The notes: a model not told the origin generated them from the sequence alone. A stretch of 64,000 nt of DNA from an uncultured Syntrophomonadaceae bacterium (GCA_964506505.1 CAZDKY010000047.1:721-64720); one strand, 5' to 3'. Shown: positions 17,439-27,202, counted from the first letter of the stretch. A program made the numbers and translations.

Positions 17439-20400
17439 TTAGCGGCAGGATAGGATGGCTTCACGCAGACGTGCTATTTTTTCTTTAGATCCTGCATCAT
17501 CAGGAGCCGCTGCAGCCAGGTAAAACTTAACCTTTGGTTCGGTGCCCGATGGGCGTACTGCAAACCAGGTGCTGTCGGCCAGGGTATAGTGAAGAACCGG
17601 AGAGCGCGGCAGGGTAAGAGCAAATTCTTCCCCTGTCTGCAGGTTCCAGCCTTTTCCTTGTGCATAATCCCTTTTGAAAACCAGCTGCTGCCCGGCAAAT
17701 TGGGGCGGCAGATCTTTGAAGACGTTTACGTGCCGATCGGCCTGGGAGATATCCTCCAGTTCCACGGTGAGAAGTTCGTCACGGTGGTAACCGTGGCGGC
17801 GGTGCAGCTCGTCAAGCAGATCGAAGAGGGTCTGACCCTGCTCCTTGTAATAGGCAACCATCTCGGCGATGAGCATAGAGGCGATAACCGCGTCCTTGTC
17901 GCGAACAAAGGTGCCGGTGAGATAACCGTATGATTCCTCGTATCCAAAGACGAAACTGCCAGTTCCCTTCTCTTCAAACTCCTTCATTTTATCCCCAATG
18001 AATTTGAAACCGGTCAGGGTTTCAACAACGCGCAGACCATAGTGGGCCGCTACTTTGCGGCCAAGATGCCCGGTAACGATAGTTGTCACAAGGACAGGAT
18101 CAGGCGGCATGGCTTTTCTGTCGGTAAGGCGGCTGCAGATATATTCCAGGAGCAGGGCACCCACCTGGTTGCCGTTAAGCATCCGGAGGCAGTCAGCAGC
18201 ATCGCGGGCGGCGACACCGACACGGTCACAGTCGGGGTCGGTAGCCAGCACCAGTTCAGCACCTTCCTGTTCCGCAAGGTCCAGGGCCATTTTTAGGGCA
18301 GCGGGATCTTCGGGGTTGGGGACGCTGACGGTGCTGAATTCACTGTCAGGAACCATCTGCTCTTTCACCGGGATATAGTCAACATGGGGAGCGCGGTTGA
18401 GCAAGTCCGGGATGTACACCGAACCGGTGCCATGCAGGGGAGTAAAAACTGTTTTGACCACTGCCCGCGGTTTGCTCATGGAAAGGGCAGACACTTTTTC
18501 TATATAGTGCCGGTCGAGATCCGGATCAACTTCCTGCAGTAACCCACGGCTGACTGCTTCACCACGGGAAAGCTGTTTGACGTCAGCAAAGATATCCACT
18601 TTCTTGATGGCGGCGATTACTTCGTCCACCAGAGGGCTGACTGCCTGGCCGCCGTCGGGACCATAGACCTTGTAGCCGTTGTACTGCCGCGGGTTGTGGC
18701 TGGCAGTGATCACGATGCCGGCAGCGCAGCCCAGCTCACGGGTGGCGAAGGAAAGGGCCGGAGTTGGCCTGATATCGCTGAACAGGAAGGCCCGGATACC
18801 GTTGGCAGCGAGAACCAGGGCCGCCGTTTCGGCGTAAAAAGGTGAATAACGGCGTGTGTCGCAGGCAATGGCCACGGCTGGTAGATCTTCAATGGCAAGA
18901 TCGGCGGCGGAAGCGCCGTCATCTGATTGCGACCGGACCCTGCGGTTTATATAGTCGGCCAGGCCCTGGGTAGCGCGGCCGATGACATAGCGGTTGATCC
19001 GGTTCAGGCCGGGGCCAATGATCCCACGCATGCCGCCAGTGCCAAAAACAAGTTCACTGCCGAAATGGCGCTCGATGGACTCGGGATCTTCCTGCATGGC
19101 CTGTAGTTCTTTTTTCATTTCCGGATCAAGGCCGGGCTGACCGAGCCAGCTGCGGAAGTGTCGCCGGGCCGGTGATTCTTCTTGTGACTGCGAGTTGGCA
19201 TGTGCCGGTGCGGATGAATCAATTCGTCCGTAATCGTCCTCGTAACGCTCAATATCGTCTTCCCCCAGGTAATCGCCGGTCTGCACTTCGATGAGGGCCA
19301 TCTCCTCTTCGCCACGGTTTTCAAGGCGGTGGCGCGCCTCGACAGGTATAAAGGCTCTTTCTCCCACTTTTAATGTAAACTGGCGATCGTCTATGGTGAC
19401 CAGTGCTTCGCCGCGGATAACCACCCAGTTCTCGGCCCGCCGGTGGTGGCTCTGCAGGCTGAGGCGTGAACCGGGGCTTACGTTGATCCTTTTAACCTGG
19501 TATCCGGGTCCGGTTTCCAGGGAGGTATAGCTACCCCAGGGTCGGTAGACGGTGCGGTGTTCGCGGGCTTCTACAGCACTGCTTTCTTTGAGGCGATCGA
19601 CAATTTTCTTCACATCCTGGCTGCAACTGCGGTCGCAGACCAGGAGAGCATCGTGAGTATCGACGATTACCAGATCCTTCAGGCCGATGGCTCCTGTAAG
19701 ACGGGACGGGGAAATAATCAGGCTATTTTCGGTATCCACGGATATTACCTGCCCTCGGAAGGCGTTCCCGCGGTTGTCTCGTCCGGAAAGCTGGTAGTAG
19801 GCTTCCCAGCTGCCAAGGTCACTCCAGGTAATATCCGCAGGGATAACGGTTACCTCGTCGGAACGCTCAAGGATCCCGTAATCTATGGATATTTTTTGCA
19901 GGTTGTGATAGGCTTCGTCCAGCATCTCTTTCCTGCTGTAATCGATCCGGACCAGGGTGTCGTAGATCTGAGGTAATAGTTTTCTGTACTGTTCCATAAG
20001 GGTGTCAACCCGGAAGATAAACATACCGCTGTTCCATAGAAAACGGGGATCTTTCAGGTAGGCAATGGCTTTTTCCAGATCCGGTTTTTCAACAAATTTT
20101 TCAACGCGGAAGGTTTTGTGATCAAGTTTTTCACCGCAGCAGATATAGCCGTAGCCGGTTTCCGGGTAGGTGGGACGAATGCCAAAAGTAACCAGGCCGT
20201 AGTTTTCGGCAGCCCGGGCACCGTCTTCCAGGAGAACAGCAAACTGGTCCCGGTCTGGAATGAGGTGATCGGAGGGTAACACTGCCATCACTGCATCGGG
20301 CTCCGCTTCTTTCTGCAGAAAGCGGGCGGCCAGACCGATAGCCGGGGCTGTGTTACGGGCTTCCGGTTCCTCGAGCAGGCGGATTTTTGTCAGGCCAGCC

Positions 20401-20702
20401 AGCTTCAGGCGGCGCTTGATTTCGCCCGCCTGGTCGCGGTGGGTGACTATGAGTATATTTTCTTCCGCCACCACGGTGAGGACACGGCTGATCGTTTCAC
20501 CAAGAAGAGTCACTTCACTAACCGGGTCTGAGGGAGAAGATTCTCCTTCCTCCGGATGGTTTTGAGTTCTGTTATTCTTTATCATACTTTGATCTGAAAC
20601 CGGCAGTGGAAGAAACTGCTTGGGATAAAGTTCACGGCTCAGCGGCCAGAGCCTGGTACCGCTTCCGCCGGCCAGGATTACAGTGTACAGCATAGAAATC
20701 AC
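17439..20702 (-). CDS. fusion protein: mannose-1-phosphate guanylyltransferase (ManC) + cupin mannose-6-phosphate isomerase domain + phosphomannomutase/phosphoglucomutase (1087 aa)
   Basis: N-terminus VILAGGSGTRLWPLS (nucleotidyltransferase). Middle cupin domain (VKRINVSPGSRLSLQSHHRRAENWVVIRGEALV). C-terminal half with the phospho-sugar mutase active-site loop GIVITASHNP and a PgcA/ManB-like fold. One uninterrupted ORF. Confidence 0.85.
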   Translation of the reverse strand: MISMLYTVILAGGSGTRLWPLSRELYPKQFLPLPVSDQSMIKNNRTQNHPEEGESSPSDPVSEVTLLGETISRVLTVVAEENILIVTHRDQAGEIKRRLKLAGLTKIRLLEEPEARNTAPAIGLAARFLQKEAEPDAVMAVLPSDHLIPDRDQFAVLLEDGARAAENYGLVTFGIRPTYPETGYGYICCGEKLDHKTFRVEKFVEKPDLEKAIAYLKDPRFLWNSGMFIFRVDTLMEQYRKLLPQIYDTLVRIDYSRKEMLDEAYHNLQKISIDYGILERSDEVTVIPADITWSDLGSWEAYYQLSGRDNRGNAFRGQVISVDTENSLIISPSRLTGAIGLKDLVIVDTHDALLVCDRSCSQDVKKIVDRLKESSAVEAREHRTVYRPWGSYTSLETGPGYQVKRINVSPGSRLSLQSHHRRAENWVVIRGEALVTIDDRQFTLKVGERAFIPVEARHRLENRGEEEMALIEVQTGDYLGEDDIERYEDDYGRIDSSAPAHANSQSQEESPARRHFRSWLGQPGLDPEMKKELQAMQEDPESIERHFGSELVFGTGGMRGIIGPGLNRINRYVIGRATQGLADYINRRVRSQSDDGASAADLAIEDLPAVAIACDTRRYSPFYAETAALVLAANGIRAFLFSDIRPTPALSFATRELGCAAGIVITASHNPRQYNGYKVYGPDGGQAVSPLVDEVIAAIKKVDIFADVKQLSRGEAVSRGLLQEVDPDLDRHYIEKVSALSMSKPRAVVKTVFTPLHGTGSVYIPDLLNRAPHVDYIPVKEQMVPDSEFSTVSVPNPEDPAALKMALDLAEQEGAELVLATDPDCDRVGVAARDAADCLRMLNGNQVGALLLEYICSRLTDRKAMPPDPVLVTTIVTGHLGRKVAAHYGLRVVETLTGFKFIGDKMKEFEEKGTGSFVFGYEESYGYLTGTFVRDKDAVIASMLIAEMVAYYKEQGQTLFDLLDELHRRHGYHRDELLTVELEDISQADRHVNVFKDLPPQFAGQQLVFKRDYAQGKGWNLQTGEEFALTLPRSPVLHYTLADSTWFAVRPSGTEPKVKFYLAAAAPDDAGSKEKIARLREAILSCR

Positions 20703-20968
20703 TCCACTTCACACACTATATTTTCTACCTTATTTTATAACTGCTCAGGCATGGACTGCTGTGTCAGGAGGGCTGAAAGAGCCGTCCTTCTGTGTGCCAG
20801 AGGAATGAATGGACGGTTCCCCCCTCTCTCCCGGCGCGCTTTCTGCCCGTTAAAGATATTTCTACTGATTTGTTTGCTCCAGGCTACCCCGGGGTTGAGG
20901 GCAGGTGAAAAAGGCTTAATAACACTATTCACATGATAAAAGTGTGTCAATTCCTCCGCCCCCCTGTG

Positions 20969-23278
20969 TTACAGGTTAATTTGCTGCTGCTGCTGGGAAA
21001 GGCCCTGGTGAGCCACCAGGTGCATGCGCTGCAGGGCCAGCAACAACGAAACTACTGATTCGCCGCCCTGGTTCCGGTTGATGCCGCCGGGATGGAGGCC
21101 GTCGTAGCAGGCCCCGGTGGAAAAATTATAGAGAGGCTGACGAACGTCGTTGCTGCCGAAGAACCAGTTGAAGGCCCATTCCATGTGCCGAAGCCAGTTG
21201 CTGTCGCCGGTGAGCACGTAGGCCTGGTAACAGGCATCGATGAGGGCAGCAGCGTCGACCGGCTGCTGGTCAAAGCGAGCCTTGTTTCCACCCCTCTTGT
21301 ACCACCCGTCATTGCCGATCAGGGAAAGATGGCCATTCTCTTCGCTGGTGTTGACATTGATCAGCCAATGCAGGCTCTGCAGACCAGTTTCAAACATTTT
21401 TTCTTCGTCCAGCATGCCGCCGGCCACCAGAAGGGCCTGTGAGATACGGGCGTTGTCATAAGCAAGAATGTCTTCGCACCAGTGCCAATCGTCGTCGGCA
21501 TTTTTTTGATGAAGATGGTAAATTTTTTCGGCCAGTTCTTTCATGATCTGGCGGACGCGGGCATCACCACCAAAGCGGCGCAGGTAGTAGTTGGCACCGA
21601 TCACAGCAAAAGCCCAGGCTCGCGGCGAAGTAAAGCGAAGCGGGGTATCGATCAGGTCTTTGAAAAGCCTGGTGGCCAGGCCGAGAATATCGTCACCCGG
21701 CGGATGGGCAATGGTATAACCGAGAGCCCAGAGGGTGCGTCCATGGCTGTCCTGGGAGCCACTTTCTTCGAGCCATCGGCGGTCGAAACTCATGAAATTG
21801 CGCATTCGCTTGCGATTTTCATTGTAAGCGTGGTGCAGAAAACTGATATATTTTTTCAGCATCCTGATCACCGGTTCGTCCTTGAAAAGACGCCAGTTCA
21901 TCACAGCAACGATCAGGGCGCGGGCGTTGTCGTCTGTGCAATAGCCATGGGTCCGATCGGGAACAGCGTAAATGGCGTGCTGGAATAGACCGGTGTCGTC
22001 AGTCATGTCGCGCAGGTGTCCCAGGTTCGGTTCTGGCAGGACTGCCCGTTCGGTAACATCGGCACTTTGCAGGGAAGGCACAAACATTTTACTGTAGCTG
22101 AAACGAGCTTGCTCGAAGGCAGTGGCATAGCTGCGAGCAACCTCTTTCCACACCATCTGCCTTCCCTGCTGGTAGGCTTTCTTACGCATGCGGTTACGGC
22201 GGCCTTCGTTACTGAGCAAGTCGATAATTTCATCGGCCATCGCCCCGCTGTCCTTGAAGGGAACGAGACTGCCGCATCCATCGGCTAACAGTTCCTCAGC
22301 GTAGATATAGGGGGAGGAGACAATCGCTTTGCCGCAGGCCAGGGCATAAGCCAGTGTGCCTGAGGTAATCTGCTCGCGATTCAAATAGGGTGTGATATAA
22401 ACATCGGTGGCCACAAGGAACTGGACCAGGCGCTCCAGGGAAACATACTGGTTATAAAAGGCAACGTTTTCTTCAAGACCCATGTCACGGACCATCTTCT
22501 GCAGGCGAAGACGATATTCTTCGCCGTAACGGCGTTTTACCTCGGGGTGGGTGGCACCGAGAATAATATAGAGGGCATCGGGATGCACCTGAACCACTTT
22601 TTCCATCGCCTCAACGGCATACTCCAGGCCCTTGCTCGGACTGAGCAGACCAAAGGTTAGCAGGAGCTTACGCCCCTCGGCCTGGAACTGGTCCTTATAA
22701 TAGGAAGAGTCCAGAAAGGGAACATCGGGTGCCCCGTGGGGAATAAGCAGGATCTTATCGTCAGGCACACGGTAAACCCGCCGGAGAATATCCAGGGCAG
22801 CCTGGGCCATGACCACTACAGAGACGGATTGCTCGCAAACGCGCATCAGCGTTTGCCGCTGGCCTGGAGTAGGATCCTCGAGAACAGTATGCAGGGTGGT
22901 TATGGTCGGTTTTCTAAGGCCGGACAGCAGATAGGTAATGTAGCTTCCATCTTCACCGCCAAATATGCCGTACTCATGCTGGATGGAGACTGCATCTACT
23001 GGAGAGTGGTTGATAAAGTCGGCCGCCCGCTGGTAGTCGGCACGATGCTGGTCGCGAATATGAAAGGTCACTGTGCGGTCGTAATTGAAATTATCGTTGA
23101 TGCTGTTGAGAGCTATTACCTCAAAATTTTTCTGCTCGCTGCTGTCGGCATTTTCGCCGTAGAGCTCTTTCATGCTGTTGAGCAAGTCCCCACAGAAGGT
23201 GGCAATACCGCACTGGCGCGGTGGATAGGTTGAAATAAAAGAGAGCTTGACCGGACGGAGAATTTTACCTGGATGCAT
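20969..23278 (-). CDS. GT4 glycosyltransferase fused to a C-terminal ~370-aa glycosidase-like (six-hairpin / amylo-alpha-1,6-glucosidase-like) domain
   Basis: N-terminal 400 aa is a Glycos_transf_1/GT4 fold (STYPPRQCGIATF ... EGFGL-like region). The C-terminus (DDTGLF...HGYCTDDNARAL...WHWCEDILAYDNARI) looks like an (alpha/alpha)6 glycoside hydrolase; its family is uncertain. Start set at the ATG at 23278 (MHPGKIL; AAGAGG 8 nt upstream). Confidence 0.75.
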   Translation of the reverse strand: MHPGKILRPVKLSFISTYPPRQCGIATFCGDLLNSMKELYGENADSSEQKNFEVIALNSINDNFNYDRTVTFHIRDQHRADYQRAADFINHSPVDAVSIQHEYGIFGGEDGSYITYLLSGLRKPTITTLHTVLEDPTPGQRQTLMRVCEQSVSVVVMAQAALDILRRVYRVPDDKILLIPHGAPDVPFLDSSYYKDQFQAEGRKLLLTFGLLSPSKGLEYAVEAMEKVVQVHPDALYIILGATHPEVKRRYGEEYRLRLQKMVRDMGLEENVAFYNQYVSLERLVQFLVATDVYITPYLNREQITSGTLAYALACGKAIVSSPYIYAEELLADGCGSLVPFKDSGAMADEIIDLLSNEGRRNRMRKKAYQQGRQMVWKEVARSYATAFEQARFSYSKMFVPSLQSADVTERAVLPEPNLGHLRDMTDDTGLFQHAIYAVPDRTHGYCTDDNARALIVAVMNWRLFKDEPVIRMLKKYISFLHHAYNENRKRMRNFMSFDRRWLEESGSQDSHGRTLWALGYTIAHPPGDDILGLATRLFKDLIDTPLRFTSPRAWAFAVIGANYYLRRFGGDARVRQIMKELAEKIYHLHQKNADDDWHWCEDILAYDNARISQALLVAGGMLDEEKMFETGLQSLHWLINVNTSEENGHLSLIGNDGWYKRGGNKARFDQQPVDAAALIDACYQAYVLTGDSNWLRHMEWAFNWFFGSNDVRQPLYNFSTGACYDGLHPGGINRNQGGESVVSLLLALQRMHLVAHQGLSQQQQQINL

Positions 23279-23562
23279 AAAAAACACCTCTTTTTTCAGA
23301 AGTCGGTTATCAGAATACCGTAAGGCCGGGATTTAAAATACCGGCAACTCGGAACAGAATAACTTTTTCTAGAAACTGTTGATCCGGGAAATTTGATCAG
23401 CTTAACATATAGATCGTTTAAATAAGTATAATTCCACTTAAGCATTATTCAAGAGGTTTTCAGAAGTTTTTAAGGTTTATCGCCTGGTGTGCTCAATCTT
23501 TCTGCATAATCGGCTAAAGTCTTCCCAGGTTATATAAATGGTGTAGCAGGCAGGGGTTCTTC

Positions 23563-24693
23563 TCAGGCCCGGCTGTGCAATATTTTTTTATATACTTCGA
23601 TATAGCGATCCACCATCAGGTCGGTGGTAAAGTTTTCTTCCACGTGGCGGCGGCAGTCACGGCGATCGATGCGGTCAAAGCGAGCCAGGGCTACACCGGC
23701 TTCGTCAAGGCTGTCAACCAGGAAGCCGGTCTGGCCATCTTTGATCAGCTCGGGCATAGAGCCCCTGTTAAAAGCAATTACCGGGGTGCCGCAGGCCATT
23801 GCTTCTACTACGCTCAGTCCGAAGGGTTCATCAAAATTTATCAGGTGCAGGAGGGCACCGGCGCGCCCGAGGACCTCTCCTTTTTCAGCCGGTCCTACGG
23901 GGCCGATGTAGTAAACCTGCTCACCATCCAGGTAAGGCTTGACATAGCGGTCGAAGTAGTTCTGATCCTGGATAATGCCGGCAATGACCAAAGGCAGTCC
24001 GGCCTGCTTGGCCAGGCGAATTGATTCATAAGCGCCCTTGTCATGGTGAATACGGCCAAAAAAGAGCAGATAGCCTGGCGCCGGGATCTGCGAGTATTTT
24101 TCCCGGGGGACCTCCGGCGGCCTGAATTCCGGTCTTTTTTCATACTGCTCTTTTTTACGTTTTGGCAGATTAACTTCTGCCGGGTTGCCCTGCGGATCGG
24201 CAAAGAAGGGATATTCTTCAACCGGTATACCGTGATGGACGGTAGCTGCATAATCAAGAGCAGGGTGGCGATCTGCTTCACTGATGGCCACGTAATGGAC
24301 ACGGCCGTTGTAGCGCCGGAAGACCGGAAGGATCCGCGGCGAAGAAAAGCCGTGGATAGTTGTTAAAACCGGGGTATCCACAAGCCCTGAATAGCTGAGG
24401 GGCAGGAAATCGAAATTATTATGAATCAGGTCATAGCAAGAAGCCTCCTCGAAGACGGAGGCAATGTGCAGGCATTCCCACACTTTTGGGTCGAGTTCCG
24501 GGTCTTCCGACCAGGGACGCGGCGCTACCGCCTTCAGGTAGCCGGCGGTAATGGAATCGGCAGTGGCATAGAGTGTAACTTCTATTCCACGCCGGATTAA
24601 ACCTTCGGTAAGCACACTGACAACCCACTCCCAGGGTCCATAATGCCGGGGTGGGGTGCGCCAGGATATGGGTGACAGCATGGCAATTTTCAT
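23563..24693 (-). CDS. GT4-family glycosyltransferase
   Basis: GT-B fold with the C-terminal EPFGLSVVEAMACGTPVIA motif typical of retaining GT4 enzymes; 376 aa. Confidence 0.85.
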   Translation of the reverse strand: MKIAMLSPISWRTPPRHYGPWEWVVSVLTEGLIRRGIEVTLYATADSITAGYLKAVAPRPWSEDPELDPKVWECLHIASVFEEASCYDLIHNNFDFLPLSYSGLVDTPVLTTIHGFSSPRILPVFRRYNGRVHYVAISEADRHPALDYAATVHHGIPVEEYPFFADPQGNPAEVNLPKRKKEQYEKRPEFRPPEVPREKYSQIPAPGYLLFFGRIHHDKGAYESIRLAKQAGLPLVIAGIIQDQNYFDRYVKPYLDGEQVYYIGPVGPAEKGEVLGRAGALLHLINFDEPFGLSVVEAMACGTPVIAFNRGSMPELIKDGQTGFLVDSLDEAGVALARFDRIDRRDCRRHVEENFTTDLMVDRYIEVYKKILHSRA

Positions 24694-24723
24694 CTCACTG
24701 GAGAAGACAAAAACCTCCTCTCT

Positions 24724-25698
24724 CTAAGTAAGACAGAAACCTTCATCCTCGGAATCGTTGCAGTTCAAAAGATAACTGACCAGGTCTTTCAATTTAGCTG
24801 AAGCCAGGCAGACGCTGGAATCGGCTGCCCCGTAATACATGATCAATTCATCGTTGATATGGTCGTAAATTGTCCCTGTGGGGAAGGTTACACCGGGGAC
24901 GTCACCGACCCGTTCGTACGGTTCGTGGGGGCCAAAAACCCACTGGTCGCAGCGTTTCCTGATTTTCCACGGTTCATCCAGGTCGAGCAGGGCCAGACCG
25001 ACCCGGTAGAGGCTCCCGGAAGCAGTATCACGCACACCGTGATAGATGATCAGCCACCCTTCGTCGGTTTCAATGGGCGGCGGCCCAAGGCCGACGCGAG
25101 TGGTGTCCCACCAGCCGGGGCGGACAGGCAGCAATATTTTATGTTCACCCCAGTGGATCATGTCGGGCGAATTGGCAATCCAGATGTGGGCTTCACCGCG
25201 GATAATGGGCCTGTGTATGAGCATGTAGCGGCGGTTGATCTTGCGCGGGAAAAGCGAGGCATCCTTGTCCTCGGGAGGGAGCATGGCCCCGCGGCGCTTG
25301 AAGGTAACCAGATCACTGCTCAGGGCCAGGGAAACAACCGGCCCGTCCTTGGAAAAGGAAACATAGGTAACGGCATACTTTCCCAGGTCTTCAAGCCAGA
25401 CGATGCGGGGATCTTCAATGCCCCACCGTTCTTCGTCGTAATTGGAGTTGGGCATGAGCGCGGGCTGATTGTCGATCTGCCAGTTTGTTTTGCCGTCCTC
25501 ACTGCGGGCAAAGGTGAAATGGGAAAAACCCCGCATGTCCTCGACGCGGACCAGCAGGTGGACCTTGCCTTCATGCTTGATGGCAGCCGGGTTAAAGGTA
25601 GCATTGACCGGGTAAGGCCAGCAGTCCGGAAAAAGGATCGGATTTCCCTCAAATCTTTCAAATATTCCGGTTGGCCTGTAGTGGTTATGATAGATCAT
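24724..25698 (-). CDS. GH130-family glycoside phosphorylase/hydrolase (beta-mannoside phosphorylase-like, former DUF377)
   Basis: Five-bladed beta-propeller signatures (FNPAAIKHEGKVHLLVRVED, GIEDPRIV, GWLIIYHG). Ends in TAG, and the reading frame continues into the downstream GT4 gene. Confidence 0.8.
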   Translation of the reverse strand: MIYHNHYRPTGIFERFEGNPILFPDCWPYPVNATFNPAAIKHEGKVHLLVRVEDMRGFSHFTFARSEDGKTNWQIDNQPALMPNSNYDEERWGIEDPRIVWLEDLGKYAVTYVSFSKDGPVVSLALSSDLVTFKRRGAMLPPEDKDASLFPRKINRRYMLIHRPIIRGEAHIWIANSPDMIHWGEHKILLPVRPGWWDTTRVGLGPPPIETDEGWLIIYHGVRDTASGSLYRVGLALLDLDEPWKIRKRCDQWVFGPHEPYERVGDVPGVTFPTGTIYDHINDELIMYYGAADSSVCLASAKLKDLVSYLLNCNDSEDEGFCLT

Positions 25699-26125
25699 AC
25701 CCTGGTTCTCCTTTTGGCAATAAGATACAATATATATGGACAGGCTTGCAGTTTGTTAACTTGTTTACATCACTGTATCTTTATTATTATATTAGATAAC
25801 ACATTTCCATCCTTCTTTAAATAAAATTCGCTCTTCACCTGGAGTTTTCCTTTTTTCCGTCCGTTACCGGCGTTCATCCACGGCTTCGCCTTTTAGTGCT
25901 TTTTTACCGCCGCTTCCGGCGCTCCAGGGCCGGATTTTCTTTCTTCCCGCACTCACTTATCATCTTCTGTCCAGTTTTATCTTGCGCTTTTTTTTTAATC
26001 CCGTTCTCCGGTTTCTTTTATAGCCCGCTTTCATATCATTGCGGTTGCTTCATGCCGGACAAAAGGGGTCATCATTTTTTGCTTGTTCGCTTCGGTGATT
26101 TCGTGATTGGAGCCGCTTTTCCCAT

Positions 26126-26812
26126 TTAGAAGAAATAGCGCTTGATCTGCTCGAAGTTGCGGCGCACGTTCTCTTCCTGCGTAACAATGCCCATGTGGCC
26201 GGGAAGAAGCAGTTCTATGTCTTCCAGTTTGGAAAGCTTTTCAATACTTTGGCCCAACGCGGCCATATCGCCGCCGGGCAGGTCAGATCGGCCGATGCTG
26301 CCATCAAAAACGGTGTCGCCGCTAATGAGGGCTTTTTCATTGAGCAGGTGAAAACAGACACAGCCCGGAGAATGACCGGGGGTATGGTAAACTTCGATAC
26401 GGTCACTGCCACCTTCTACACCGAGATCCAACGTCCCTTCTTCAAGGTAGAAATCCGGTTTGAGATTGAGCTCATCTCCCGTGTTGGAAAGGTGGCGTTT
26501 GGCTATGGCTTCAACGATAAATTCGTCATCTTTGTGCATACCCACGGTAACACCGCTTTCGGCACGGAGCACACTTACGGCTTCCACATGATCTGGATGG
26601 CCATGGGTGCACAGGATCAAGTCAATATCGGTAACGTCAAAACCATCCTGGTTTAGGCTATCAACAAGGGACTCCAGGCAAGCTTCGTTGAACTCATTGA
26701 CGATGTATCCGGGATCAAACAAAATGGTCTTTTCCCCTTTGAACAGGTAGCTGTTGCAATTGTTGGCATTCCCCCGCCAGGGGTAAAAGTAAAGTTTATC
26801 CGTCAGTTTCAT
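26126..26812 (-). CDS. MBL-fold metallo-hydrolase
   Basis: HxHxDH motif (CTHGHPDHVEA) and a downstream HTPGHSPG; start set at the ATG at 26812 (MKLTDKLYF). Confidence 0.8.
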   Translation of the reverse strand: MKLTDKLYFYPWRGNANNCNSYLFKGEKTILFDPGYIVNEFNEACLESLVDSLNQDGFDVTDIDLILCTHGHPDHVEAVSVLRAESGVTVGMHKDDEFIVEAIAKRHLSNTGDELNLKPDFYLEEGTLDLGVEGGSDRIEVYHTPGHSPGCVCFHLLNEKALISGDTVFDGSIGRSDLPGGDMAALGQSIEKLSKLEDIELLLPGHMGIVTQEENVRRNFEQIKRYFF

Positions 26813-26884
26813 CGTAAGTTTCCTCCTTTTTCTGAAGGATTTCAAACAATTCATATCATACCACAGGAAAAGCCGGTTGCCAAA

Positions 26885-26917
26885 GAATGAAGCGCGAAAA
26901 TTATCCGCGCTTCATTC
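26885..26917. terminator. perfect 12-bp-stem hairpin downstream of moaD
   Basis: GAATGAAGCGCG-aaaattatc-CGCGCTTCATTC with weak flanking U-tracts; a likely terminator or RNA-stability element for the aor-moaD transcript. Confidence 0.45.
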
Positions 26918-26959
26918 CTGTTAAAAACTTTTAAACGGCAGCCAAACCCGTCTTCATCC

Positions 26960-27199
26960 CTATCCGCCGGCGATGGCAGGAAAAAAAGCTACCACTTCTC
27001 CTTCAGAAAGGCGATAATCAAAAGAACGTTTTTTATATCCGATGAAAACATGTTTAACCGCTCCTGCTTCTATCCCCAGATGATTCACCAGATCACCAAC
27101 GGCGGATCCTGCGGACAAATTCACGTTAACAGGCTGATTGCCTGTCCCTTCCGGATTGTACCCGGCCAGGGTGGCATATAAACGAACTGTTACTTTCAT
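26960..27199 (-). CDS. moaD: MoaD/ThiS-family sulfur-carrier protein (ends in GG)
   Basis: 79-aa ubiquitin-like beta-grasp protein ending ...AIAGG*, directly downstream of aor as is usual in tungsten-AOR loci; ends in TAG. Confidence 0.8.
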   Translation of the reverse strand: MKVTVRLYATLAGYNPEGTGNQPVNVNLSAGSAVGDLVNHLGIEAGAVKHVFIGYKKRSFDYRLSEGEVVAFFPAIAGG

Positions 27200-27202
27200 C
27201 AG

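Noticed and set aside
25840-26125. 290-bp ORF-free, C/T-rich stretch upstream of the GH130 gene; considered as a pseudogene or structured RNA.
   Set aside because: Stops occur in all frames, and there is no similarity to neighbouring genes or to riboswitch consensus sequences that I can recall. It is most likely a promoter or leader region and would need an Rfam scan.
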